A stretch of DNA of 64,000 nucleotides, from contig CAVNZM010000003.1 in the NCBI GenBank assembly GCA_963693365.1, forward strand, positions 1,213,506 through 1,277,505, given 5' to 3'. The stretch is from Amoebidium appalachense (lineage: Eukaryota; Protista; Ichthyosporea). Positions within the stretch are counted from its first letter, which is position 1. The number at the start of each line of letters is the position of its first letter. The translations under genes were made by a program, and so were the position numbers. The notes below the pieces were generated by a model that saw only the letters and a list, made by a program, of their open reading frames with translations, was not told the DNA's origin and did not search any database. Positions 32,323 to 45,324 of this stretch are shown here, one piece after another.

Positions 32323-32526
32323 ACACAGATGCCCTGCTACATGTCGTGGTCCCATGGAGAAAACTCGGTCCGCAGCGCCGCGATAGGCAACACCATTCTC
32401 ACCATGGCACAGAAAAACATAGTCGATGACGTCAGGGAAAAGGGAATTCCCTTTCTGAGAAAAATCCAATCTAGCTCTCCGGGTTCGCTCGAACTTCGTA
32501 ACTACCTGGATTCGCTCCCCTCCTAA
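26710..32526 (+). CDS. Glycosyltransferase family 14 (core-2/I-branching/xylosyltransferase-like) type II membrane protein; first exon unresolved
   Basis: Exons 26710-27490, 28918-29125, 29855-30130, 31374-31604, 32329-32526, all phase-consistent. N-terminal TM segment and motifs [30 protein letters not shown] (cf. WxYFINLSGxDYP), [11 protein letters not shown] (cf. FARKF). A candidate first exon 26492-26510 fits the phase but has a weak donor. Confidence 0.8.
30411..30787. repeat. Two near-identical ~148-bp units separated and flanked by poly-G
   Basis: AGATTTGTATG...GAGCAGCAG at 30411-30558 and 30639-30787, differing by about one substitution. Confidence 0.9.
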
Positions 32527-32574
32527 TCCCATCCCCCTCCCCCCCCCCTCCCCCAACACACACACAGACACACA

Positions 32575-32637
<63 letters not shown>

Positions 32638-32679
32638 CCTTTCTTCCACCTCACATACGGACGCGTGTATTGCAAAAGC

Positions 32680-32714
<35 letters not shown>

Positions 32715-33377
32715 CCTGTGCAAGCACACATCCCATACATCCCCTGGCATCATAATTGACCATACTTCTATGCACGTGCACTTTATATGCATTACCCGGT
32801 TGACTATAAAAATTCTTAACGCATACATGTATGCCCTTTCCAGTAACTATATCATATAATTTACTTATATTAGTTTTGCAGTAATTAATTGGATTATTCG
32901 GTGTTCGTGAATAGAATGCGGAGGTAACAGTGCTCTGTATACGTAGGTAACTTAGACCTACTTCTCTACAAAATATCATGTGCATACAGTACGTACGTAT
33001 ACTTTTACAATAAGCCTGTTCTCAATAGTATATGTGTAATTTATTTAGCGTTTATGTATATTAATGTTATAAATATTGATTTCTGATATATTGATATGAC
33101 TTTTAGTATACTGTGCAGGTCATAAATCTCCTCCGCTATATGAGTCAACTTTATTTTCACTGGTGAAAAAGCCCTGTTTGGCAATAATATTAATTAATTA
33201 AAATTTTGAAAGATCTACATCATCAACAGTTACCAAGTAAAAACGACCCAGTATGACACATTTTTACGAGCTCCGTGTGAGTTCATAACTATTTCTCGGA
33301 TCATTACAGCGCACCGGGCTGTGTGTGTCTGTGTGTGTGTGTGTGTTGGGCGCGGGGGGGGGGGGGGGGGGGGGGGG

Positions 33378-33720
33378 TTTGAATGCGTCAAAAAGTACGA
33401 AGTACACAAGAACAAACGGATAACACGATGCAGAATGCAAGCCATACATAAAGAGTATGCATAATAAGCAGAGCCCATCCTCAGGGGGGGCCCACGTCAT
33501 CCACAGTACCCGAGTTTCGACCTATTCCCCTCGTTAACGAAACCCAACTCAGATACTGTTTCACTTGAACATGAGTAGGTCACACGTCTTGATCAGAGAC
33601 GAGCAGGGTTGCTTATGCAGGCAAGGGCAGTGGGAAAGGCCGGGGGTTAAAGTTGCAGCAGTAAGCAGAAGCAAGAAAAATATAGATAGGAACTCAGGAG
33701 ACGGGGCTTCTAGGAAGCTC
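33378..33720 (-). mobile_element. Copy of the dispersed poly-C-bounded repeat (intergenic, reverse orientation)
   Basis: Reverse complement of 5565-5905. Confidence 0.85.
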
Positions 33721-34208
33721 CCCCGTCGATACCTAAGTCGATACTTCCCTGGCTAACATACTACACCAGCTGAAAAGAATTAAGTCCCGAAGGCCACAGA
33801 ATTCGTAATCAGAGGGGAAAATATGAGATTTGACCCACGCCGCAGGGGGGGGGGGGGGTAAGAAGAGGCACAGTGGTAGACACAAGATGCGCGGCTGTAG
33901 AAATTCACACTATCACGTTATGGTAGAAGCAGCAAACTCACTGAATTAACTTGACTAAAGTGAAGAAGTAACTATAGGGGACTAGAGAGTAGGCCGGGTC
34001 CGGGAGATGCGTGTGTGACCAGGAGTGCAGGGGAGCCAAAACTGCGCGGGAGCCCAGAAAAAAGGTAGGGGAGGTAGGCCCTGAGGCGAAGCAAGTGCCA
34101 GGTAATGGCAGAAAGGATAGGAGAGGTTGAGGGGATAGGGGCAACGGAAAGGGGTTGAGAAAGGGGGATATGGAGAGGAAAAAGAGGTCGGATCACACAG
34201 GGATAGAA

Positions 34209-34244
<36 letters not shown>

Positions 34245-34289
34245 GAAGGGAGTGTGTGTGTGTGCGGGTGCGGGTGCGGGTGCGGGAAG

Positions 34290-34360
34290 GGTGAAGAGAG
34301 AGGGAGAGAAAGATAGCCTCGGAAGAGAGAGAGTAAAGAGAGGGGGGGGGGGGGGGGGGG

Positions 34361-34395
<35 letters not shown>

Positions 34396-34839
34396 TGGGA
34401 GGGAGGGAGGGAGGGATCCGGAAGAGAGAGAGAGAGAGGCCCTGAGAGGAAGGGAGGGAGGGAGAGGGGGAGAGAGGGAGGGAGGAAGAGAGAGAGAGAG
34501 GGAGAGAGGGAGGGAGGGAGGGAGGGAGGGAGGGAGGGAGGGAGGAAGAGAAAGAGGGAGGGAGGGAGAGGGGGGGGGGGGGAGGGGGGAGAGAGAGAGA
34601 GAGGGAGGGAGGGAGGGAGGGAGGGAGGGGGGGGGGGGGGAGGGAGGGAGGGAGGGAGGGAGGGAGGGAGGGAGGGAAGGAGGGAGGGAGGGAGAGAGGG
34701 AGAGAGGAAAGAGAGAGAGAGGGAGAGGGAGGGAGGGGGGAGGGAAGGAGGGAGGGAGGGAGAGAGGAAGAGAAAGAGGAGAGGGAGGGAGAGGGGGGGG
34801 GGGGGGGAGAGAGGGAGAGGGAGAGAGGGAGGGAGGGAG

Positions 34840-34878
<39 letters not shown>

Positions 34879-34970
34879 GGGAGGGAGGGAGGGAGGGAGG
34901 GAGGGAGGGAGGAGAGGGAGGGAGGGAGGGAGGGAGGGAGAGAGAGAGAGAGACTGAGGAGAGAGAGTAG
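34290..34970. repeat. ~0.7-kb almost pure polypurine tract, (GGGA)n/(GA)n
   Basis: Directly visible; very few pyrimidines on the + strand. Confidence 0.95.
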
Positions 34971-35029
34971 CCGATGGAAAGAAAGGAAAAAGTGGGTTAG
35001 AGTTGAAACACATATTATTGGGGGGGGAA

Positions 35030-35068
<39 letters not shown>

Positions 35069-35764
35069 GGGGGGGAGGAGGAAACAGGCAATGAGAAAAG
35101 CATAAAGGTAGGGGCCGCACCAGTGGTACCAGTGTCTAGAATCGTAAACGTCAGGTAATGGCAGAAGCAGGTGAAGGTTACTTAGAAGTCGATCTGGGAT
35201 GGATGTGCATGGTGGTAAGAGGAGGAGGAACGGGGGGGGGGGGGGGGGGGGGGGACGACCCGGTATATATACCACAGTAAGTAACATGGAGATTCTGGGC
35301 TCGACGCGAAGAAAGTGACTCGAGTGCAGAATGCTGTGTTCACGCCCATGTTATTATTTGGCTGAAGCTAAAGCTTTCATTTCAGTACCACCTATACAGG
35401 TGTGGTATTATCTACCCAACTAGTAGCTCAATCTCAGATTGCTAAACCGAAAAACGCAAATGTTTCAAACCTCCGCGTTCACGTATGTCACACGCACACA
35501 CGCATGTGTCAAAAGAACCGAAACGCCCTCTCCTCCTTTCAAAAAATACAACTGTCACAAGCACAGAAAAGGTATACTCACGCACACGCACACGCACACG
35601 CACACACCTGTCAAAAACTACTGCAGTAGACAGCAGAACATGCAATCCCCACCTTCACTCTAGGACGAAAACACAGGAAAGTAGCGGGGGCAGGCACGCA
35701 CGTGCACACAAACACACAAAAAATAGAGCACGCACAGGCACACACACACGCACGCACGCGCACC

Positions 35765-35809
<45 letters not shown>

Positions 35810-37164
35810 CGCACACACACACACACAAACGGAAAAAAAAAAGAAAAAGAAAAAGAACAAAAAAAAAAATAGCGCACAGGCACACAATGACTCACTGACA
35901 TCTGAGAAGTTATGACGCCATAGGGGGGAGATTCCTGTCATTTCTTGTGTACGTGCCAAAAGGAGTGGCTCATGCGACGGTTGGAGCTGGCCGGGTCGGT
36001 TCAGGTCATACTATGTGCCTGGATCGCGGCTGAGGGGCAGCACCCTGTGATTCTATGTCACATTCACGGTAAAAAAACACAAGACTTTAACAAAGCTCAA
36101 GTCAAGCTAAATAAAAATTAAGAAAACAAAATTGCTGCTGTGTAGTAATTCTCCAGCTCAAATCTACTTTTGGATTTAGAAACATGGCCTTGTTTCGGCT
36201 TTTGATGCCCACTATGCCCGAGCCATTGACCCGCGAGCCAGTGATCTGTGCTGGCTCGAACTCTGATGAACAAAGTTGACGTGAGACTGTTGCCGATACT
36301 CACGAAGGAGCGAGACCCCCCCACCTAAGGCAAACTTCGGCTCTTGTTTTTTTGTTTCATTTTAATCAAGAGCTATGACCGGTGCTGAAATCATTTCAAT
36401 TATGATTTCATTCATGAATAATAAACATTTTTAAATTTATTAGAAAACTTTAATATGTAAATATGGTCTTATACACTGATAATGAAGTTATTTTTGAAAC
36501 AAAAAGAACTGATATTGGTTCGGGCTCCATTCACGGGGGGTCTGTAGCTGGATTGAGGTTGGATGATTATACTCGGGAGCGCGGCAGCAAAGACTTGTTG
36601 TCAGTTCTTGATATTTTGTTTGTAGAAGAAACGATATGAAAATTTATCAACTATACTATGAAGCCATTACGCTTTTTACCATTTGGAACTAGTATATGAT
36701 GAAGGGAAAACTTTGGAAAGCACGCGTGCCGCCTGTACATCGTGCACGGCGAGGATGGAATGGCATGTAAGGGTTTTTTTTCATTGGCTGGATTCTGAGT
36801 AATCATTTCGTATTTTATCGGATGTTTTGGGAAGCAATTGGATCCGTGACGTTTCTCATGATTGGTTGAGCGTCGAGGCAAGTGACTTTTGTTGGACCCC
36901 GTCAAGTGAGTTTTGAACCCCACAAATCATACTTTTCGGTTGTTAGATCAAATATTTCAGTTGATCAACGACGCATTTTCGCAAATTGTTATAGAGAACC
37001 CATTTCTTGATTGAACGTTTGATCAAACCCCCCTTTGCTATTTTGAATCATAAAAAACAAGGCCAACTGGATTTTCCCATTTGTAGGTCTCGAATCTTCC
37101 ATGCGCTTCTTTTCCCGTAGAATCCCGAACTTCCTAATCAAGGCCTCAGATCATTTTTCCTTTT

Positions 37165-37390
37165 TTTCATTGGCTATCAGTCACGGCACAAACAAACCGC
37201 AAGGTCTATTGGCCGCCTGACCAGGGCTCACCCATACACAATAAAAGCCCGCCAGAGCTATCGGTGCTCAGTTCTAACAACATCATGTTCCCAACGGCGT
37301 TGCTCTAGTTTTTTTGTCCCTTTTCAACATCCCCCTCCTCTCTTCTCATGTTTACCAACGGCGTTTTTCGCCTGTGTGTTCTCGTGAGAA
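37165..37390 (+). promoter_or_regulatory. Kinase promoter and leader: CCAAT boxes, TATA-like element, Inr-like TCAGTT, two uORFs
   Basis: ATTGG near 37169 and 37208, AATAAAAG near 37240, TCAGTT at 37268; uORF1 37285-37308 and uORF2 37348-37434. Confidence 0.55.
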
Positions 37391-38221
37391 ATGGCTCCAT
37401 CCACGGATACGCAGCCTGCCAAGGAGGCTGTTAATTTGCCCACGCTTCTTGAGGTTATTAACTCGGGTGCGTTTGGGGAGGTTTATCGTGGGGTTCTCGA
37501 GACCGGAAAAGAGGTTGCAGTGAAAGTGGTGCCTCTGCTCGGAAACACGAACTACGAGACGCTGGAGCGCGAGCTAGTTATATGCAAGGAGGTTGACCAC
37601 CCCTATATTGTCCACACATACGATATCATCAACACCAACGATGCCGTTTTCGTTGTTCAGGAGTATTGTGCGCGTGGAGATCTTTTCGAAGTTATCCCAC
37701 CCTTAGTTGGCATTCAAGACGAAGCAAAGGTCAAGAAGTATTTCAGCCAGCTTGTTGATGCAGTGACCTACCTGCATGCGCATAAGATCGTGCACCGAGA
37801 CATTAAGCCCGAGAACGTAGTGATAACTGACAACGACGATATACGACTGATAGACTTTGGATTGTCTGGGTATGAGGGTGAGGAAGTGGATCCCATGGTT
37901 GGTACCGTCCCTTACATGGCTCCGGTAAGTTTTTGGCACCGTTCTTGTCACCTCTCATGTGTTGGACTAGTGTAGAAGACAAATAATGGGGCTTTACGGT
38001 GATATGTCGTTAGGTCCCCTGATTTCGGGACGGTGTCCATCGTGGATCCGTCTTGGTGGAGCTTCATTTCTATCATGCTTTGATGTGCAAGTGCTGTTGT
38101 ACGTAGGTTAATCAAAATAAAATTATTTGAATATCTTTACTTGCGGAGTATTCGAGATATCACTTTTGTTATGGTGGGTGTTGCATGACCTGATGGTTTA
38201 TGAGTCCTGGTTGTGGTTCTT

Positions 38222-38261
<40 letters not shown>

Positions 38262-39929
38262 GGGCCCTTGATAGTTGTGGTTATCCTGAAAGGATGCCGT
38301 GGAGAAAGTCTTTTGCTGAACTACATTGAAAACTCTCGTTATGGTAGTGTGGGCAATAGCTTCTGGTTTGTTGTTTTCATGAGCAGCACCCGTTTTTTTT
38401 TTTCACACGTGTCGTCAAAAGTTGTTGTGCGCCACTTTTCGGATAGCTGTGACCAGCAATGTAATTCGTTTGTGTGTAGGCAGCGTGGTGATATTCTTTC
38501 TTGCTTTTGGCTGACATACTCTTTTTTTGCTCAACAGGAGGTGTATGCACGGCGCTCGCGCAGACAGCACTATGATAACAAGGCAGCAGACGTGTTTGCT
38601 CTTGGAATCGTTCTGCACGTCATGATCCGTGGTTTCTACCCGTGGGATACCCCCTCTCGCCACGAGCCCGCCTTTGACAGCTTCATTATCAACGGTTTCT
38701 CCTTTGGCCAAGACTGGTCCCCCATGCTGGACAAGATCTTCCGTGGGTGCCTGGACCTGGATCCTCGACGGCGCTTCACTGCTGCCGAGCTCAAGGAACT
38801 CCTTGCTGATGATGAAGAATGGGGTCTGCATGAGGAATCCAAGGCTGGCTACCCCGAGTTCCGCTCTCTGGCGCTTCTGGAAGAGCAGCACGGCGAGCTG
38901 CGCCGCCCAAGCTTCGTCCAAGACCAGCGGGACTTCGAGATTGTCTTCACCGACGACTCAAGGTCTGAGCAGGAAAGCACTGATGGCGAGTCTCTGCGCT
39001 CCTTCAACCCCGACTCCTTCAACCCGCTCAAGCAGATCCCTCCTCGTCGCCAGCGCTTCACCAGCGAGTGCGACACGGGTCTCGAGATCCGGTTTGACCC
39101 ATTCTACAACCCGGAGACTGACAGTTTATTGTTTGCTAACGGGCCTGTGGAGGGTAGCGACGAGGATGATGAGACACCGTGGTGGGGCTTCAAGGAAGAA
39201 GAAGACGAGCTCTCCGAAAGCGATAGCGAAGATGGTCGTGTGCGGTGGGGAGATCTGACGAAGGACATGTCCTTCAGCACCCTTCCATCTTTCGGGTCGG
39301 GCTCTGACGACGAAGTGTCGAGTCCCAAGGAGTCCTCGAGTTCCGCAGCCAAGCGGTGGGGTGACTCGGACACCGATGATAATCATGACTGTGAAGATTC
39401 GAACGACAGCCCTTGTTGGGGCGACATGTCAAGGGAAATGTCCTTCTCCACGGTCCCCAAGTTCGACAGCGAATCGTCTATCGAAGCATCAGCCGAGCCC
39501 CAAGCCACCGCAACCCAAGGCAGCCGTTGCCTTTTCTCTGTGGGCGAGGACGGTGATGCAGACGAGGAAGTGTCCGATTCTGAGAACGAGGTTGCCGACA
39601 GCCCCAACATTGATGGTAAGCCAGGGGCGGAAACCAGTTCTGGCTCGTTTGCACTGGAGCCAGCGGTGAGGCGCAACAGCGTCACGACTATGCGTAAGGT
39701 GGCGTCCCAACCTCCTCGCAGCAAGACTGATCGCCAGCGCTCCGACACGCGTCTGAGCCAGACCCCCAAGCCACGGCGCTCGTGGAATGATGCGCTCTCC
39801 CCTTGCATGTGCAGCGGCGCAAAGAGAGAGAGCTGTCGTTGCTCTGTTGGCAGCAACCTGGCCAAGTGGTGTGCTTCCACTTTCAACCTCCGCAAGGCTG
39901 TGTCGTGCATTAACCTGCCGACATGTTAG
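37391..39929 (+). CDS. Ser/Thr protein kinase (CAMK-like/Ran1-like catalytic domain) with long acidic disordered tail, ~641 aa
   Basis: Exons 37391-37924 and 38538-39929 with a phase-0 intron splitting AP|E. Motifs SGAFGEV, VAVK, HRDIKPEN, DFG, APE, DVFALG. Confidence 0.93.
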
Positions 39930-40950
39930 GGGGTTGGGGTTGTGGGTTCTAGCTGCTTGGTAATAATGAATGCAGCGCGTATGTTCTTGATAATATTTGA
40001 TTTGTTTGTTAGTAAGTAGTAGTCCGGTTGAAAACATGCTGGAATGTAAATACTAAGACGCATTGACGCAGAAGACATATGTTTTGAAAGTGAATGGCTT
40101 GCGGGTATCGACCCTGCGCCGATGCCCTGGAGGTATATATAAATTCTTGACTTGACCTGTTGGGCAGTAAATATACAACGCCCTCTGGGAGGGTGTTGAT
40201 TCTCAAAATGACATGTTTGGCATGTTACAAGTGGGAACGTGCACATTTTCCAGACGACCAAGATTGGTTTGCAAAAAATGTGCATCCCTTCTAGATCTGT
40301 CCCTCTCCGGCCCCGCCAAGGCGTTGTTCTTGTTTATGTACTTCGTACTTTATGACGCATTCAAACCCCCCATGGCACACACACACACGTGTGCACTGTG
40401 GCGAAGAGAAAAACAAGGTGAGGCATTCTCACTTGGAGTGTGAATGGCCGTTCATTATTTTTATAATATCATTATGTAGCAACTTGAATGCAAGTATACC
40501 CGAACGTTTTGGGTTAGCTATAGTGCAACTAATAAGTCAGCGACGTGCACGCTGGTCGCCAGGGCCCTTGCCGAAGTTCGTCTCTCCGATCCCCCCGCTC
40601 CCCCCTCCCCTCCCCAGCTTGTAGCTGGATTCTGCTTATATTTCATAATACTACGGTACCCGTATCATAGCGCTACGAAAGTAACTGTTCAAGTTCAAGT
40701 TGCTGAAAGTAAATGTTTATCGGCTTTTTTTGGCAGCAGGTGTCGGCTGATGTTTGACTCAGCCGTGCCTCTCATTGCACGTCACCGAGGCTGCATATCG
40801 TAATATTTTGCATTTTCACGCACGAGTCCCCAAGAGCTCCCCGAGTACTAGTCCCCCCCCCCCCCCCCCCCCTCCCCCCCCCCCTCCCCCCCCCCCCCCC
40901 CACACACACACACACACACACTACTCCCCTCCCCAACCCACTCCCCCTCC

Positions 40951-40981
<31 letters not shown>

Positions 40982-41152
40982 AAAAAAAAAACCAGCAGCA
41001 GCACCACCACCACCACGACGACGACCACACGCACACACGCACGCACGCACGCACACACACACACGCGCGCACACACGCACGCACCCACCCACGCACCCAC
41101 GCACCCACCCACGCACCCACGCACCTACGCACGCACCCACGACGCACGCACG

Positions 41153-41206
<54 letters not shown>

Positions 41207-41595
41207 GTGCCCGCCAAAAAAGAAAAAAAGGAAGAAAGAAAAAAAGAAAGAAAGCAAAGGAAAGGAAATTTAAAGAATCTAGGCAGCCGTAGAAATATGC
41301 AATGCCATGGTGATGCTGCCTGCAAGTTACATTCCCTGTCATTTTGTCTTCGTTTCAATCAGCTGTTTCTACTTGTAGTTCTTGTTAATTGAAGGTACCC
41401 CTTATAAATAACTTTAAAGTTTCTAATGCGCATGCACTGTGCCCGTGGCCGGGGGCATAATTTCACAAACTGAGCTATGTAAACGTGCCGGAACCAGGTC
41501 GGGGCAACGTGGTTCAAGGCTTCCTTCAAATTTTTTCATTTCAATTAAAGTAGATGATTATTATTTTGTGTATTTGCGTGTACACGTGAGTGTTG

Positions 41596-41655
<60 letters not shown>

Positions 41656-43019
41656 CTTTTCTTTCTTCCTTTTTTTTTTTTTTTTTTTTTGGGGGGGGGG
41701 GGGGGGGAGGGGGAGGAGAAGGGGCGAGGGAGGGGGAGGGGGAGAGAGGGGGGGGGGGGGACTGGAGGGGGAGGGGGGGTTGGAGGGGGGGGGGGGGGGG
41801 GGGGGGGGGGGCAACAAACCGACAAGGATTTATAATTACGAACCACTGATATGGACCACCATGCACATGTATTTTTGGGGGAATGTGCTGTTTATTATGT
41901 ACTTTCTTTCTTTTTTCTTTCTTTCTTTCTTTCTTTCTTTTTTTTTTTTTGGGTGGTAGATGTGACCTTGCCACGGTGTCACGGTGGGGAGGGCATGGCG
42001 GGTAGGGGTTGGGTTTGGGGTGTGTGTGGGGAGGGGGGTGGGAGTAGTTGGGGAGGGGGGGGGGAGGGGGGGGGGGGGGAGGAGGAGGGGGAAGCTTGGG
42101 GGGGAGGGGGGGGGGGGGGGGGGGGGGGGCACCAGGCAATCACGACAATTCTAATAACTTCGATTGAACTTTTGAACCAAACTGTTTGTTTTTACATGTG
42201 TGATTTTACGTCCGAGCTACGTTCATGTATACTGATATTTTGTGAAATCCCCCCCCTCCCCCCCTCCCCCCCCTTGCCCCCCCTGCTGCACGGGGGCCAA
42301 TCTGGGCCACGTGCACCGTTCGCACTTAAGTTATATTATCCGGATGACCCCTAGAGCCCAGGTGCCACCATAGTTATTTGATGATGAGGGCAAATATGAA
42401 ACTGATATTTAATATTAATGATACCACAACTCAGAGCGAAGTGTTGTGACGCATGGGTATGCGTCTGGTGGGGGTAGAATAGCAACCGGGGGGGTGTCAC
42501 AGTGTGTGTGTGTGTGTGCGTGTCGCCTGTGGTGGTGGTGGTGGTGGTGTGGGTGTGTGTGCACGCGCACGTGGGGGAAGGGGGGGAGAGAAGGGGGGGA
42601 GGGGGGAAAGCTTTAGGGGGGGGGGGGGGGGGGGGGGGTCCTGAATCCGGTGGCCTAATTCAATCATTATGCATGGTCCCGTTGGCAAAGAACCCATAGA
42701 TAGGTACGTTCCTAGGTACGTGTCTAGTATTACCACTTAGTAAAATTGGATTTGACCCTGGCACCGTTCTGTAACGAAGAATTACTGCGATGATATGTGG
42801 CTACATACTTTCGCACATGACCGAAGTATAACTACACTTTACATAGTGGCTCGATGTGTGTGGACTGTGCGAGCTGCTTGTTCATCCGTTTACGGTGTCG
42901 TCACGCATCATATGCACGTGTGGGCAGTGTATTTTTTTTATCTTTTATTTTTTAATTTATCACGTTTTGTTCCCGGAGGGCCTTTTAGGCCCTCTAGGGA
43001 AACTACCGTCTACCACACA

Positions 43020-44599
43020 GCACCGACAGTACGCTAGTTAAGGTGCTATCTATGAGTTCAGCTAAGCTAAACCATCCTTCACAACCTAACTATAAGTACA
43101 CACTTTGCCCAGGGCTACTACCCCAGCCACGCCGGCAGGAGGCTCCAGACCTCCCCTCCATTCAAAACCTAGCAATAAACGTTAACCGAGGGCTCTCATT
43201 GGTCGATCTACAGTATTGGGAAGTCCTACGTGTTGTGTATAGTATTTACGGTGGGTATGGGTGGATGATGGGGTGTGGTGGTGGTGGTGGGGGGGGGTTG
43301 CTGCCTAACATTATGTGTTGTTGTACGTATGTTGTGGCGATGTTTTTGTGGACTAAAGGTGGGTTTTACAGGGCACACTGGGTCTGTGTGTGTGTTCCGG
43401 CAGTCAGAACAGGCTGGCCGGGTGTGTGTGGGGGGTGTATTTGTTGGTGTCTTGGGTTTTTGGGGAGCCATACTTTTCTTTCTACGGGTGGTGGGTATAT
43501 GGTGGTGTTTTTGCATTTTGGGGTGGGTGGGGGGGAGTGTTGTGTTCCGTTTGTGACAAATTTTTGAAAAGAAAAAGGACTGCAACTCTACTGTGATTTT
43601 TCCTAAGATGGCCCGGGTGGTGGTCTTGGTGGTGCCGGTGGCTGCAAGTAGTGGGCCCACCGATCGTGGGCAGAATCCCCGTTCGACCCACTTGATGTCT
43701 TCGGGGTCTGGTGGGCCACCGTTGCCTCCTATCCAGTTTATCCATGCACATTGGTCTACCACCGTGGCTGCCGTATGGTGGTGCTGTGCCGTGGGGGTGT
43801 TTGGATGACGAGTGTGCAGGACGTTGTGGATGCAGGCTGTGATGGCTGTGGTCAGGGCGGCATGGGCCGGGCAGGCCCAGAGGTGGGTGGTGGTCTCAGG
43901 GTGCTGACTGCACCGGGGGCATGTGGGCTGTGTAACGACAGTGGGGTGATCTCGGTGTAGCCGTGTCATGGTAGGCAGGGTGCCCATGGCAAGGGACAGG
44001 CTACGAATGTTGCCTCTGACGGCCCCGATGGTTGCCTGTGCGGGCCCCTTGTTGAGCTTGAGGGGGTTTCGTTCGGCTGGGAGCAGTCTGGGGTCGGCTA
44101 GTATGGACATAGCCTTGGTCTTGCCGGCCATGTCGGTGAGGAAGTCCTTGTTCAACCGGTTGAGTGTACCGGGAATGTTGCCGGGGATACGGTGGCCTTG
44201 TAGTCGTAGGAAATATTTCTCCCCCCCCCGGGGCCGGAGGTAGGGGGGGGGGGGGAGGGGGAGGGCTCTTCCTGCATTGGCTGCCTTGTCTGCCTCGTTA
44301 TTCCGTTGACCGTACCGTTTGGTGTTGGATTGGTGCCCCTTCACCCACGACACCTGTACAGAGCCTGGTTGCCGTAGGGAGAGTTGGTCTCGTACGTGAG
44401 CCCATTCCACTATGTGGGGGAACTTTAGCTTACGTCGAGGGGGTGTGGTGGGGTCCATGTTTGCCCCCCATCGGTCGACTACTCCGAGGTTATCGAGCTT
44501 GATGTGGATGGGGGTGGTGGTGGGGGTGAGCAGGAGGGCTAGTAGTACCTCTGTGAGTTCGGCTTGGGCACGTGTGGGCAGTGTGTGCACATGTTTCAC
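43020..44599 (-). mobile_element. 5'-truncated non-LTR retrotransposon: RNase H plus C-terminal zinc-binding (zf-RVT-like) region and 3' UTR
   Basis: ORF 43226-44599 has AEL..V, D-N-x-G-V, WVKGH and NNEADKAA RNase H motifs, then CPRC...ETTTHLWAC. No RT is retained. The 3' UTR is homologous to 3110-3400. Confidence 0.85.
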
Positions 44600-44861
44600 G
44601 GTGTGTGTTTGTGTGTGTTTGTGTCACGTGAGTGTGTGCGATTGCGTAATTGTTTGTCTACGCACGGATATATACTCAGTGTGCTTTGTATTGTGGCTGT
44701 TATGTTTGGTCCCAGTGACTGCACGTGCGTCGACAGGTGCAATCAGTCCCGGACGTAGTAAATTATTTGAAATACGTTTGTATGATTGCGGTGTTGTAGC
44801 GTGTGTGTGTCTGCCTGCGAGATCTTCTTTGCTATGGTGCGGATCAAGTGAGTGTCACATG

Positions 44862-44907
<46 letters not shown>

Positions 44908-45018
44908 TGTGTGTGTATGTGTGTCGGTGGAGGGAGGAGAGGGGGGGAGAGGGGTGTGTGTGTGATATCATGGTGGGTACCACGCGTGATTATGAGTGGG
45001 TGAGTGAGTAAGTGACTG

Positions 45019-45074
<56 letters not shown>

Positions 45075-45281
45075 TTTTGGGTGCCACAGCCGTGCGCGTG
45101 TGTGTGTGTGCCCATGTGTTTGGGTGTGTGAGTGTGTGAAAACTGAGTATGTGTGCGCGTATGATGTGTTTGTGCGTTTCTGTGTGCATGTGTGTCTATA
45201 CACCTGAGCGTGCCTGTATGTTTAACCTGTGTGTGTGAGGGTAATTGCACGGCCATGCGCGTGCGTACATGTGCGTGTCAC

Positions 45282-45324
<43 letters not shown>

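Noticed and set aside
33565-33756. Small ORFs in the dispersed repeat (e.g. KKNIDRNSG resembling a Penelope GIY-YIG tail)
   Set aside because: The resemblance covers only a few residues, and no GIY-YIG or RT motifs are present.
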